This document shows, piece after piece, positions 31,398 to 41,445 of a DNA stretch of 64,000 bases (its first letter is position 1; each line of letters starts with the position of its first letter). The notes beneath the pieces were generated by a model that was given only the letters and a program-made list of their open reading frames with translations, searched no databases and had not been told where the DNA came from. The position numbers and the translations under genes were made by a program. Source of the DNA: a virus; the IMG/VR virus record IMGVR_UViG_3300005264_000005, positions 1-64,000 of that record, one strand, 5' to 3'.

Positions 31398-32068
31398 TAT
31401 CCTACTCCTACTATGTCATCAAATACTACGGGAATTTTAGTGTGTAATTCTGTTAATAACGGATGCATGATCTCTCTGATCTGCGGATGAGCAGGTAACG
31501 CATCTCTTAAGCTAAAGATATGACGCCAATCTCTAAGGTTAGTAGTCATAACAATCTCAGTTTTAAGACTATTAGGAAGCACAGAACGAGCCTGCTGAGG
31601 CTTCCAGCCTTTATCCAAAAGATCCACATATCTATCTGCTGATTCAACTACAGACCTGACCCATATTCGCTCCTCGTCACTATAGTAGTCATAGTGATCT
31701 TTACTGGTATTAAATTCAATTGGTGTAATATTTTCACACCACCTAGGAATAATAAACTCAGCAATATCTCCATACCCTACATATCGAGTAGACTCTTGAC
31801 TATATGAAGCCATTCGATGACGCACAAGCTCGTGAGTAACACCGCGATCACAAATAAATCTTACAGAGAAAGAAAAATGCTCAAGCACAGATTCGTGAGA
31901 ATTTTTAATAATCATTTTAATAAACTTCTCTGCACTTTCATCTGTAACCTTAGCTTCACTTTTATAGCATGTACGTCCTGCAGCTTCAATATGCTTTAGG
32001 ATTTCCATACCAGTAGGATTACCTATCATAATAAGTTCATGGCTTGGCTTAACGAGCTTAATCTTCAT
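31397..32068 (-). CDS. thyX: FAD-dependent thymidylate synthase (probable start 32068)
   Basis: HESVLEH, RGVTHELVRHRMASYSQESTRY, ARSVLP, AHPQIR. Confidence 0.95.
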   Translation of the reverse strand: MKIKLVKPSHELIMIGNPTGMEILKHIEAAGRTCYKSEAKVTDESAEKFIKMIIKNSHESVLEHFSFSVRFICDRGVTHELVRHRMASYSQESTRYVGYGDIAEFIIPRWCENITPIEFNTSKDHYDYYSDEERIWVRSVVESADRYVDLLDKGWKPQQARSVLPNSLKTEIVMTTNLRDWRHIFSLRDALPAHPQIREIMHPLLTELHTKIPVVFDDIVGVG

Positions 32069-32516
32069 CCAGAGTCTCCGTAGTAGTGTTATTATAAGAT
32101 TCATTTATGACATAGCCAGCTACAGCTACAGGAGTACTACCAAAAGAAGATACTGTCTTACGTACGCTAGCATTTCTAAACATAGTCTGAGCAAGACTCT
32201 CAATGGACGTAGCTCGCTTCTCAGCTTCTTCTACTCTCATTTCAGCCATTTGTACACGAAGGTCACGTTCTTTCTCAAGAACTTCCTCATGTTTAGTCTT
32301 GAATGGTACTAGGTCACGAACACGAGCTTTAAGAGAAGTGATTTCTTCATCTTGCTTATTGTGATCAGCTCTCAGTGTATCAATTGACGACTGAGCTGAC
32401 TTAAGATTCTTCTTATCTTTCTCTGCCTGCTCAATGTATTCCTGCATAGCCTGAGCTTGAATGCCAGGCATATTTGCATTAATTAATTCAATAAGTTGAT
32501 TATTCATATTATTCAT
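32058..32516 (-). CDS. Coiled-coil hypothetical protein
   Basis: 152-aa ORF. Confidence 0.55.
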   Translation of the reverse strand: MNNMNNQLIELINANMPGIQAQAMQEYIEQAEKDKKNLKSAQSSIDTLRADHNKQDEEITSLKARVRDLVPFKTKHEEVLEKERDLRVQMAEMRVEEAEKRATSIESLAQTMFRNASVRKTVSSFGSTPVAVAGYVINESYNNTTTETLDED

Positions 32517-32769
32517 TTTAATATAGCCCTAACTCTTCAATAGCCCGCTCGAGATTTTCAATAGCCTCATCAATATACGGGATAGGCCCATATTTATCTC
32601 CATCCTCAAGATTTGCTTTTACTTTATTTAGCTTCTTAATTACATCTTTTATTTTAGGTATTGCCATATTACCCCATAAGCGTAGCAACTAGAACTAATC
32701 CTAGTTGGAGCATAAAGCTCAATGATCTCTTAGAAAACATAGTTTTAATAAACGCTTTCATTTGTTCTC

Positions 32770-33336
32770 CTATATAATTTCATCTACAAGACCAAGCTCA
32801 ATAGCTTCTTCTGGAAAGAAATACCAGTCAATATTGACATACTTATTCTGAAACTCAGTCTTTGTAATGTTTATTTTATCTACAATAATATCAACAGCAA
32901 TGTTCTGTAACTTATCCATATAGTCAGTGTCTACTTTAATATCAGTCAATGAGCCACGTCTACCGCCAGAAATTTCATGCCACATAAGTGATGTATATTT
33001 TTGACAAACAGCCTTAGTAGCTGCAGCAAGAATTATAATGCCTGCTGACATACACTTACCTAGAGCTATTACTATTACTGGCGTACTAGACGACTTTATA
33101 GCAGAGACAAGAGACAGTGCTGCTGTAGTATCTCCGCCACTTGTATCGAGATAGATTTGGATTGGATCTGAGTTGCGATCAAAAGAATTGAGATCCTCTA
33201 GCGCATCATCTTCCTCGTTCCACTCTATGATTTTCATCACAACTTTCTCGATAATATCATCAGTAATATCATCATTAATTAATATTTTTCTTTGCTCTAA
33301 TAATTCGAGATATAATTGATCTTTAATTTTATTCAT
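32770..33336 (-). CDS. clpP: ClpP-like protease subunit
   Basis: IQIYLDTSGGD, G.CMSAG (catalytic Ser), MWHE, DWYF.PEEAIELGLVDEI. Confidence 0.88.
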   Translation of the reverse strand: MNKIKDQLYLELLEQRKILINDDITDDIIEKVVMKIIEWNEEDDALEDLNSFDRNSDPIQIYLDTSGGDTTAALSLVSAIKSSSTPVIVIALGKCMSAGIIILAAATKAVCQKYTSLMWHEISGGRRGSLTDIKVDTDYMDKLQNIAVDIIVDKINITKTEFQNKYVNIDWYFFPEEAIELGLVDEII

Positions 33337-33538
33337 TTATTAGTACCTTATCAAGTAAGTCTTGTAATGAATATCTACATTTCAATACTTTATTAGTGTT
33401 AATATTAATAACAATCTCTGCTAATTGCATAAGCTTGGCGTTAAATGAAAAATTTAAATCCAAACTCTTCTTATGCTCAATGTTTATATAATAAGCTAAA
33501 TTCTCATGTCTAATTTTTATATATTTATCAGTCATTAG

Positions 33539-34579
33539 CTATATTCCAAACGAATACTGTAATGCTCGCCCCGAATTCACGCACCTAGAAAACAATAAAT
33601 CATACTCAATAGGATCCACACCCGTCACACCGATAAGATAAGACACAAGTGATCCTGCAGCAGAGCCACGACCAGGACCAACAGGAATACCATTCTCTTT
33701 AGACCATTTAACATAATCATAAACAACAAGAAAATAATGTTCTAGCTCAGTAAGGTGTAGTTGCTCCATCTCAAGCCTAACACGTTCAATATAGACAGGA
33801 TCTTCTTCTTTACCAATGCGAGCCAGTCCCTCATTAGATAGCTGATACAAGTACTCATACTCATCCAGTCCATCAGGTAGATCAGCTTCAGGTAAGTGAT
33901 ACCCTTCAAAGTTAAACTCTACGTTACACTTATCAGCAATTTCATTGGTAACATCAACCTCAGCCTGAGTAAACTTCTCAAGCATAAGCTCAAGAGGCCA
34001 GACGTGATAATTTCTGCCATCAAATCCATCATCTCCTTTACCTACAGCATTATATGCTAATTGCTTAAAAACATTGTGAAACTCTTGATCTTCAGGTAAT
34101 AAATAGTGTGAGTCAGTAGCAGGAACACACTTAATTCCTAAGTCTACTCCAGTTAATCTAAAGAAGTCTTTAATTTTATCTTCTTCTTCAAGATTATGAT
34201 CTGCAATCTCAAGATAAAAGTCATCATTAAAGATAGACTTAAACTTTTTAATAACACCAATAGCTTCATCAACCTCGTTATTTAAATATAGTTGTTGAGG
34301 ATACCCAAAACAGCACGCAGTGGTGCAAATTAGCCCCTCAGAGAACTCTTCTAGTGATTTCCAATCAATCCTAGGCTTGCGGTAAAAGCCATTAACATAA
34401 GAGAACCTCGAGAGCTTATTGAGATTTTTAAATCCTTCTTGATTCTTAGCAAGTAAGATTAGATGGTAGTGAGACTCTTTAGCGTCAGCATCAGGAGTAA
34501 AATAGAATTCACATCCAATGATAGGCTTGATACCTTTCTCTTTAAAAACTTTGTACTGCTTAAATGAACCACCACAAAA
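33539..34579 (-). CDS. dnaE: DNA polymerase III alpha part A (PHP domain), exon 2
   Basis: GIKPIIGCEFY, HLILLAKNQEG, KPRID, FYLE, ATDSHY, GPGRGSAAGSLVSY..DP..YDLLF.R. Confidence 0.92.
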   Translation of the reverse strand, partial: FCGGSFKQYKVFKEKGIKPIIGCEFYFTPDADAKESHYHLILLAKNQEGFKNLNKLSRFSYVNGFYRKPRIDWKSLEEFSEGLICTTACCFGYPQQLYLNNEVDEAIGVIKKFKSIFNDDFYLEIADHNLEEEDKIKDFFRLTGVDLGIKCVPATDSHYLLPEDQEFHNVFKQLAYNAVGKGDDGFDGRNYHVWPLELMLEKFTQAEVDVTNEIADKCNVEFNFEGYHLPEADLPDGLDEYEYLYQLSNEGLARIGKEEDPVYIERVRLEMEQLHLTELEHYFLVVYDYVKWSKENGIPVGPGRGSAAGSLVSYLIGVTGVDPIEYDLLFSRCVNSGRALQYSFGI

Positions 34580-34727
34580 CGGTATGTTATCCTAAGGGCT
34601 TTTTATCCCCTAGTTCTATAGATTGATTTCTCTATAGCCCAGCATATCTTTTCACCCTCAATAGGGTGTCGCGGCCTCGTGGAAATCCTTAAAGGATTGA
34701 CTAATTAAAATAGTCCACATTATATTC

Positions 34728-35213
34728 TTAATTAATATATTCAAAATAATAACCTTTATGCATGTTTCGCTTGCCAATAAGAACTCTATGAATTGACCCT
34801 TTGTTTGTATTGAAATACACAGAGCATTCACCTATGCTAAAGAATGACATTTTTTCACCAGTCTTACTATCGATTGCTCTAACTTCTCTGTTATCAAATT
34901 TAAGATTACAGTTCTGAGCATGGATAGTATTTTCTGACTTAGTACACCATTCTAAATTAGAGATATGATTATTATCTTTATCTCCATCAAGGTGATTGAC
35001 ATCAGGCTTACATTCTTTATTTTCAATGAAATAAAAAGCTACAAGCCTATGTACTCTAAAAGATTTCTTATTATTATTTTGACATAAATGACAATGCAAA
35101 TAACCATTATATTCATTTTGCTTTAACAGGTTTTTTGTTTTGATATTTTTAATGTTTCCATAGTTAGAAACAGCATAATTATCAAAATCATTTAAGATGA
35201 TATATTTTTCCAT
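34728..35213 (-). CDS. NUMOD4-HNH endonuclease (intron-encoded)
   Basis: YAVSNYG, VHRLVA..F, VNHLDGDK.NN...NLEW.T..EN..HA. Confidence 0.92.
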   Translation of the reverse strand: MEKYIILNDFDNYAVSNYGNIKNIKTKNLLKQNEYNGYLHCHLCQNNNKKSFRVHRLVAFYFIENKECKPDVNHLDGDKDNNHISNLEWCTKSENTIHAQNCNLKFDNREVRAIDSKTGEKMSFFSIGECSVYFNTNKGSIHRVLIGKRNMHKGYYFEYIN

Positions 35214-35355
35214 TATTTATACCTCACTAGGTTTATAATTAAATTAAGTTTCAGTTTGTCTATGCGTTGCCCCTGACTATATTATTACATATAGCCTTCG
35301 GTTCGGATTGGCATCTCAGCGTTCCCGTTTAATTCCGCGATAATAATCCTAAAAA

Positions 35356-36063
35356 TTACTTTCTAGGACGGCCTCTGTTAATCAGCTTTAATCCTTTGTT
35401 CCAAGGATCTTTGCTTCCATTTGTTATTAAATTAAATTTTTCTTTTTTCCGCTCAAGATATATAGTTGCATCTCTGTATAACCATTCTCGTATAGATATA
35501 AGCTTATTAGTTCCACCCCACCTTACTTTGTAAACTGGAACAATTCCGTTACCGAATTTCTCTACAATCTTAGTAGGCTTAGCATTAATAGCTTCGCAAA
35601 TAATGCTTCTAATTACCTCAGCATGCTCAATCTGATTGAGTAATATAAAGAAATCACCAGCAACAAATTTCCAATTTTCATTTTCCAGGGAACGCTTATC
35701 TATACTTATACATCCATCTCCATCAAATATTCCTCTAACAAAATGATGTAATAGATCTTTTTGTATATTAGGCAGAATGTCCTTTTTAGCATAATCTTTA
35801 AGATTATCCCACTCTCTCCCTAAATGTAAAGAGAACTGTCCTTTTGTAGAATATCTATTAGCCTGAGGAGCAGTATAAACTGGCTCATTACATTCAATTA
35901 TAGAAGACATTTTTTCCAATAGAGATAAATCATCTTCACATAACCTAATTATAACTTGTTTATATTTCTTTTCCTCAGTACTGATATGTCCATCTGCAAA
36001 AAGCAATCCTAGGAAATAAGCCTTTTCTTCAGTATCTATCTCTTTAAAAAATTTACCATACAT
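35356..36063 (-). CDS. LAGLIDADG endonuclease (intron-encoded)
   Basis: AYFLGLLFADG and HFVRGIFDGDG, YLERK. Confidence 0.92.
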   Translation of the reverse strand: MYGKFFKEIDTEEKAYFLGLLFADGHISTEEKKYKQVIIRLCEDDLSLLEKMSSIIECNEPVYTAPQANRYSTKGQFSLHLGREWDNLKDYAKKDILPNIQKDLLHHFVRGIFDGDGCISIDKRSLENENWKFVAGDFFILLNQIEHAEVIRSIICEAINAKPTKIVEKFGNGIVPVYKVRWGGTNKLISIREWLYRDATIYLERKKEKFNLITNGSKDPWNKGLKLINRGRPRK

Positions 36064-36135
36064 AATATTTCTCCAAAATTTATTATAGTATTATACTATG
36101 CATGTTAACAACTAACGGTTACTGATTAACCCTTA

Positions 36136-36264
36136 ACCATGGTCTGTGATTGCGCAAGCAGTTATTCCTAATTCTACACACTTATCAGCCAGTTGATCTA
36201 TTTTTATTACGGCATCTCGTATTGAATAAGATGAATGTAAGTGGGTTGGGGTATAGGTTGCCAT
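36136..36264 (-). CDS. dnaE: dnaE part A, exon 1
   Basis: MATYTPTHLHSSYSIRDA...AITDHG (PHP motifs); ATG overlaps the upstream TAA; not in the ORF track. Confidence 0.9.
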
Positions 36265-36575
36265 TAATCTACTCTATTAATATTATTAGGCAAGGAATTC
36301 TTATCTTGCTTTCCAAACTGCAGTACTTGCAATGCATGAACGAGGAGTTTAAGTGTCTCTTCTGCGTACGCAATAGGTTTACCTACCTCAAAAGCAACAC
36401 TGGAATATATCTCTTCATCTGCAATTGTATCTTTAGCGAAAATGATAAGCTCTTGTTTACCGTTGTCATTTTCAGTAATCTCTATACGGGTTGTAATTAA
36501 TGTTTCAGTCATTACTATCTCCTTAAATGCACTGATTAAATCGCCAGCCTTCATGTCTCTGTCCCGTGAAAGCAT
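36264..36575 (-). CDS. Hypothetical protein
   Basis: 103-aa ORF translationally coupled to dnaE-A. Confidence 0.55.
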   Translation of the reverse strand: MLSRDRDMKAGDLISAFKEIVMTETLITTRIEITENDNGKQELIIFAKDTIADEEIYSSVAFEVGKPIAYAEETLKLLVHALQVLQFGKQDKNSLPNNINRVD

Positions 36576-36623
36576 TAGTCGGTCTCCAAAATTTATATAG
36601 CAGGGCTTTCGCCCTACTAAAAA

Positions 36624-36782
36624 TTACTTGTTTTTACGAGTCCAACTAGCTTTCACTGCAGCTACTTGTCCAGGCTTAATTTGTAAACCATCGAAATCAT
36701 TAATTATATTAGCAATTTCTTTAGAGGTATTAGTAGATCCAAGTTCACATAATTTATAAACAAAGTCTTTCCAATCTTTCAT
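36624..36782 (-). CDS. Small HTH-like protein (52 aa)
   Basis: MKDWKDF..SKEIANII..QVAAVKASWTR; SD AAGGA; below the ORF-track cutoff. Confidence 0.55.
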   Translation of the reverse strand: MKDWKDFVYKLCELGSTNTSKEIANIINDFDGLQIKPGQVAAVKASWTRKNK

Positions 36783-36959
36783 AACTATCATCCTTCTAAG
36801 TTTTTAATAATTTGTTCAGCTTCTTCGTAAGAGTTAGCGAAGGCTACAAGCATAGCATTAAATGCAATGTTGTCAACCAACAAGGCACCTTCTTCTGGAT
36901 CTATGGCTCTAGCAACCATGATCTTATTCTTACTTGGCTGAGCAATAATTATAAGTTCA

Positions 36960-37835
36960 TTATTCATATATAAACCTCACAGCAAAATTATTTATTACAA
37001 CTGGCTGTACATTACTACTTCTCAGTTCTAATTTAGCACCATTAGTTTTAGTATATGTTCTTATCAATCTTGTTTGCAGCTTAGTAATATCTACATCTCC
37101 CCATTTAAAATTATTGAGAGCATTAAAATATACTGAATTATCTCGGCTATATAATAACTGAAAGATCCAATATGAAGACATAGGAACTTCAATAGACTCA
37201 TTAGTACCATTAAACTTCTTACCTCCAAATATGTATGGAATAAGAAGTCTATTGCAAATAAGCTTATGTGTTAAATATACATCCATGGGACAGTCATATA
37301 TATTATCTAGGTAGTCCATTAATAAGATATCAATGTTATCAATATACTTAGCATAATTAAATGTCTTCCCATTTAAGGTGACATTAGCGCTATTCGTACT
37401 GACAATACTACTCATAAGCAATCTATAGAGACTAAGCTTTTTAGTTCTATCTTTACCTTTTATTTCAAAGTTCTTCACAAAACTAGATGCAATAGTGCCA
37501 AATATCTTTTCTTTCAAGGAGCTGCCAGCAGAATCAAAGAACCCTCTTGGTAGCGTTACAAACTTAAGGCCAATAGCTTGCTTAGGTGCTTTGAAGCTAA
37601 GGCCTCTTTTGTTTGTAAGTATGTTTTGAGTAGATGTTTCAATATCAAAATGAACAGATTTAATCTTACTCCACCCATACATTTTATTAGCCCTATAAGA
37701 AAGAGCATCTACAGTTGTGCCAGCAGGGAATTTTGCAATCATATTATTGTAATCATTTAAAGCTATCTTCTGATAAGTACAAGACTTACGATAGTTTATC
37801 CTACACATCAAGCTAAAGTCTGCTGGCAATATCAT
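36960..37835 (-). CDS. Hypothetical protein
   Basis: 291-aa ORF in operon. Confidence 0.55.
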   Translation of the reverse strand: MILPADFSLMCRINYRKSCTYQKIALNDYNNMIAKFPAGTTVDALSYRANKMYGWSKIKSVHFDIETSTQNILTNKRGLSFKAPKQAIGLKFVTLPRGFFDSAGSSLKEKIFGTIASSFVKNFEIKGKDRTKKLSLYRLLMSSIVSTNSANVTLNGKTFNYAKYIDNIDILLMDYLDNIYDCPMDVYLTHKLICNRLLIPYIFGGKKFNGTNESIEVPMSSYWIFQLLYSRDNSVYFNALNNFKWGDVDITKLQTRLIRTYTKTNGAKLELRSSNVQPVVINNFAVRFIYE

Positions 37836-38398
37836 ACAACAACTTTCTTAATTTTATAACCAAACTTATCAACAAGATTAGCAATCTTACCCATAACAAT
37901 AAGATCAGATTTGCCTAAGCATACATCTTTACCTTCTATATTAATTACAACTTCAGTACATTTGAATCTCGCAACTTCTTCCTCAGTTATTTCATAACCA
38001 AGATCAACTATGTCAATCGCGGAATTAGACACAGCAAGCTTTTCAGACTCCGGTGTGTTATTATTAATCCAAGGCGGATCTACCCACTCTTTCTTGCCAA
38101 ACATATAAGAAGCAAGCTCCTGCACCTTAGAGGCTATGCTATCGTTATCGTCCTCAAGAGAGTCTATATGAATGAAAGGCTTGCCAAGATACTCTGCATT
38201 AGTATCAATATAAATATATGCATCATACCCTTCTGTCCTAGCACCTTCAATGCGAGACTTCTCCCATGTTACACCAGCATCCTTAGCTCCATCTAGCATA
38301 TCCCAAAGCTCGGCGTACTTATCGCCTAAATTTACTATATTGCTTGCTAGTACTAAAATATCCATATTACATTCCATTCGTTCTGCTAGACTTATCAT
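37832..38398 (-). CDS. Hypothetical protein
   Basis: ORF in operon. Confidence 0.55.
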   Translation of the reverse strand: MISLAERMECNMDILVLASNIVNLGDKYAELWDMLDGAKDAGVTWEKSRIEGARTEGYDAYIYIDTNAEYLGKPFIHIDSLEDDNDSIASKVQELASYMFGKKEWVDPPWINNNTPESEKLAVSNSAIDIVDLGYEITEEEVARFKCTEVVINIEGKDVCLGKSDLIVMGKIANLVDKFGYKIKKVVV

Positions 38399-38894
38399 AC
38401 ATTCTATCAGATTGATTAATAGAATAAGACAAGCTGTTAGTTAAGAGCATTAAATCTTTGAGCTTATTTTTATGATTCTCAAAGTAAGTTTTAAGTATGC
38501 TAATTTGCACAAGCTTGTCTTCATGTCTCTGAATAGCCTTATATTTATTCCTAGCTATATCTTCTAGTCTCTCACGTCCAGGGATACGAACCTTGTTTGT
38601 TGTATATGTTTCACATAGCTCTTCAGTTTTAGCTATCATGACACGCCTAGTTTTTGATTCAAGATCCTTGTATGAAATAAACAAATTATTGTATAAGTTA
38701 TATGCTATCTGATACTTATTGTTTAATATAGCACAAGTTTTATCTATTTCAACACTAGAGCATGGCATAGAAGGCATGGTAACTGATAGCTCTTGCTGCC
38801 ATTCAAATAATGTCTTGCCAGCATAATCAATCATGCTGTAGTCCATAGTCTGTATAGGAGTTTCCTCTACTGGCTTTTCTTCTTGTTTATCCAT
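38367..38894 (-). CDS. Helical hypothetical protein (UvsY-like possible)
   Basis: Coiled-coil character only. Confidence 0.4.
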   Translation of the reverse strand: MDKQEEKPVEETPIQTMDYSMIDYAGKTLFEWQQELSVTMPSMPCSSVEIDKTCAILNNKYQIAYNLYNNLFISYKDLESKTRRVMIAKTEELCETYTTNKVRIPGRERLEDIARNKYKAIQRHEDKLVQISILKTYFENHKNKLKDLMLLTNSLSYSINQSDRMYDKSSRTNGM

Positions 38895-39706
38895 AGCTTC
38901 ACCGTATCGCTCTTGTAAAAGTCAGCATCACCACCAGCATACATATTAATAGTATCACCCAAACACTTTGTCAGATGCTTGAATAGACTATCTTTATCTT
39001 TACCATAGCTTATCCGATCAACAGTACTCTTAGAAGCTGCGACTTCTAGTCCTACATACATTTCAGTTATAGCATTAAAAGACTTAAGCTTTTCATTATA
39101 TTCCGGATGACTACGAGGAACAATAACTACATACTGGCACTCATCGGAATCTTCTTTCAGATATAAATTATCATCATCAAAAGCTACTTTAAGTACACGA
39201 GGCTTAGTTTTTGTAACACTCTTAAACATCTGATTCATATAATAGCAAACATTATGATCAATGTTAAAGCTAATACCATGCTCGGAAGCCCACTCCACTA
39301 TTTTAGGCATACTATACTCTATATAATACACAAAGCCAGCAGCAGTAAGGGACCATGATTTCTTATTGAAGCTTAAATTTCCATGCCAAAAAATAGCATC
39401 ACCAGCTGAGGCAATAGAATTAAACACATTAACATCAATTAAATTGATTGGAATAGTATTCCATGTTAAATCAGGTACATACATAGCAGGCCTATCATTC
39501 TTACTGATAGCTGAAGCATTCTCTAACTCCATATTAAATAAACTCTTAATTGAAATCTTAGAAGCTTGATAGTTAGTGCTAATACCATTAGGCATCAGTA
39601 CTTTACAGGTATCCAGATCTAGCAAGCAAGCACTGCCTTCAAGAAACGCATCTCGATTACTAGACAGGGTTTTAGGTCTTATCTGTTGTAACCGATGCAT
39701 TAACAC
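38867..39706 (-). CDS. Hypothetical protein
   Basis: 279-aa ORF. Confidence 0.55.
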   Translation of the reverse strand: MLMHRLQQIRPKTLSSNRDAFLEGSACLLDLDTCKVLMPNGISTNYQASKISIKSLFNMELENASAISKNDRPAMYVPDLTWNTIPINLIDVNVFNSIASAGDAIFWHGNLSFNKKSWSLTAAGFVYYIEYSMPKIVEWASEHGISFNIDHNVCYYMNQMFKSVTKTKPRVLKVAFDDDNLYLKEDSDECQYVVIVPRSHPEYNEKLKSFNAITEMYVGLEVAASKSTVDRISYGKDKDSLFKHLTKCLGDTINMYAGGDADFYKSDTVKLWINKKKSQ

Positions 39707-40046
39707 CTACCTTATAAGAGTTAAGTTTATAGAAATCAAGAGAAATAGGATTATGAATAACAAACTCTTTTGCTCTGATTTCACGAAGCTCTGCCTCAAT
39801 ATTAACAAGCACTACGTTCTTGTCTGTGCTTAAACTCTTACATTTAGCTAATTCATTTACCCAGATATCTTTTGCTGTATCACCTTTAAGTATCACCTTA
39901 ACTGGAACAGCACTACCTTCTACTCTCATAGAAAATGCACACACAGGAATAGCCACGGCTTTCTCTACGCTACCTTTTTCTACAGATATAATTGCAGCTT
40001 CCTTAATAGATATAGATCCATTAATATTAAATTTTCGTTCACTCAT
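39672..40046 (-). CDS. Hypothetical beta-rich (OB-fold-like?) protein
   Basis: 124-aa ORF. Confidence 0.45.
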   Translation of the reverse strand: MSERKFNINGSISIKEAAIISVEKGSVEKAVAIPVCAFSMRVEGSAVPVKVILKGDTAKDIWVNELAKCKSLSTDKNVVLVNIEAELREIRAKEFVIHNPISLDFYKLNSYKVGVNASVTTDKT

Positions 40047-40064
40047 AGTAATTTTCTCTTTACT

Positions 40065-40631
40065 TTACTTAGATTTAGGAGTGTTACCTTTATATTTTTT
40101 AATAACACTCGCTTTATTAAAATCAGGCACAGGCTTATTCCCAGCCCGCTTAACTCTCTTTAAAACAGTATACTCGAACTTACCAGGAGCCAAGCCTTTC
40201 TCAACTAGAGGCCAGCTATTATACATCCATTGCCAGCCTTCTTTTTCTAACACTGGAAGCATGTCAAGCTTCCATATATTATCACGAATGCTTAAATGTT
40301 CATACTGTATTGATAGCTCGGCAGCAACCTCAAGTCTAAGTTGATCAAGTTTTTTATCAAAAATTTCCTTAACAAGACTTGCAACTAGCTCAGATATAAC
40401 CTTATTAGCCTCAGCCTTATGCTCTTTTGTGAGTTTTACTTCAGGCTTAACAGGCACCTCTATGGCTGGCTGTGCAACGCCTGGCTGACTAAGTGCACCT
40501 TTATTTACTTGTGTGTCTTTTTTAATTACAGTCTTAGCTTTTTGGTTCTTATTATATACTTCCCAGCAACCCCTGCAGTCAGTTCTGGGTTTACGAACCC
40601 CACCATAACCTGGATGATCTTTACATGCCAT
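40065..40631 (-). CDS. Hypothetical protein with N-terminal C-H-CxxC zinc motif
   Basis: CKDHPGY...PRTDCRGCW. Confidence 0.55.
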   Translation of the reverse strand: MACKDHPGYGGVRKPRTDCRGCWEVYNKNQKAKTVIKKDTQVNKGALSQPGVAQPAIEVPVKPEVKLTKEHKAEANKVISELVASLVKEIFDKKLDQLRLEVAAELSIQYEHLSIRDNIWKLDMLPVLEKEGWQWMYNSWPLVEKGLAPGKFEYTVLKRVKRAGNKPVPDFNKASVIKKYKGNTPKSK

Positions 40632-40633
40632 TT

Positions 40634-41386
40634 CTATTCTCCTACCAAGCAGTTACTACAATAACTTTTACCACCTATTTCGCCACACATATGATCAGAG
40701 CTACAAAGCCAGCTAGTGTTAATATTAATAGGCTTATAATATCCACCAGTCCACCTATAAAGCTCTTTATTTGCTTTGTATTCATTTAGCTGCTCCATAC
40801 TTGCAAATCTTATTGGTGTAAGTATAATTCTGTCCCCAGGCAAGTCTTGATATTCACTAGGCATGCGAGCAGTTACATCATCAGTAATTCTCCAATAAGA
40901 ATTAACTCCTACTGCATGATACTTAGACCCAACATCCTTACGAATATAGTTAAGTGGAGCCTTAGTAATCATACCAAGACTTACATGCAAGATATGATTA
41001 CCGCTCTTTAAGACTTCTGCGAACTCTTTGTTGTATTCAAGAGACTTTGTGACGAAGACAACTCGTAAGTTTTCTTTTGTTGCTGCTTCAAGTATCTTAA
41101 TAGCATCTCTGCGGACAGCAGGATCCCCAGGGTCAGAAAACTTTCCGAAGCGGACATATTTAATCCCTTTCTTTTTAGCTGCCTTACAGCTCGCTCTAAA
41201 TATATCATCATTATATTCCTTTGAGATAATGTCGCTATAAAACTGACCTCCTCTTCGGCTAGCTTTAGATCCATAGCATCCAACGCATTTATTTCTGCAT
41301 CCGATTTCAAGATCTATACTAGCCTGATCAGCAATTCCTTGCTGCTTACCTCCAATATTAATTTTAACAAAATTCGCCTTGTTCAT
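40634..41386 (-). CDS. Radical-SAM-fold protein
   Basis: CRNKCVGCY (CxxxCxxC), VRFG..SDP, VTK. Confidence 0.7.
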   Translation of the reverse strand: MNKANFVKINIGGKQQGIADQASIDLEIGCRNKCVGCYGSKASRRGGQFYSDIISKEYNDDIFRASCKAAKKKGIKYVRFGKFSDPGDPAVRRDAIKILEAATKENLRVVFVTKSLEYNKEFAEVLKSGNHILHVSLGMITKAPLNYIRKDVGSKYHAVGVNSYWRITDDVTARMPSEYQDLPGDRIILTPIRFASMEQLNEYKANKELYRWTGGYYKPININTSWLCSSDHMCGEIGGKSYCSNCLVGE

Positions 41387-41445
41387 AATATCATTTCCTC
41401 TAAAAGTTTTACTTCTACCGCCTAAGCTTAAACTTAACGAGCCAC

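Larger units (their letters stand above)
34580..36135 (-). mobile_element. Group I intron in dnaE-A (1556 nt) carrying two endonuclease ORFs
   Basis: Junction CAT GGT|TTT TGT restores TDHGFCGG; one core with P3 TCGCGG/CCGCGA and P7 GCATA/TATGC. Confidence 0.88.

Noticed and set aside
33539-33600. Split intein at the dnaE A/B break
   Set aside because: No intein N-terminal block at the end of part A and no IntC (HN-C/S/T) at the start of part B.
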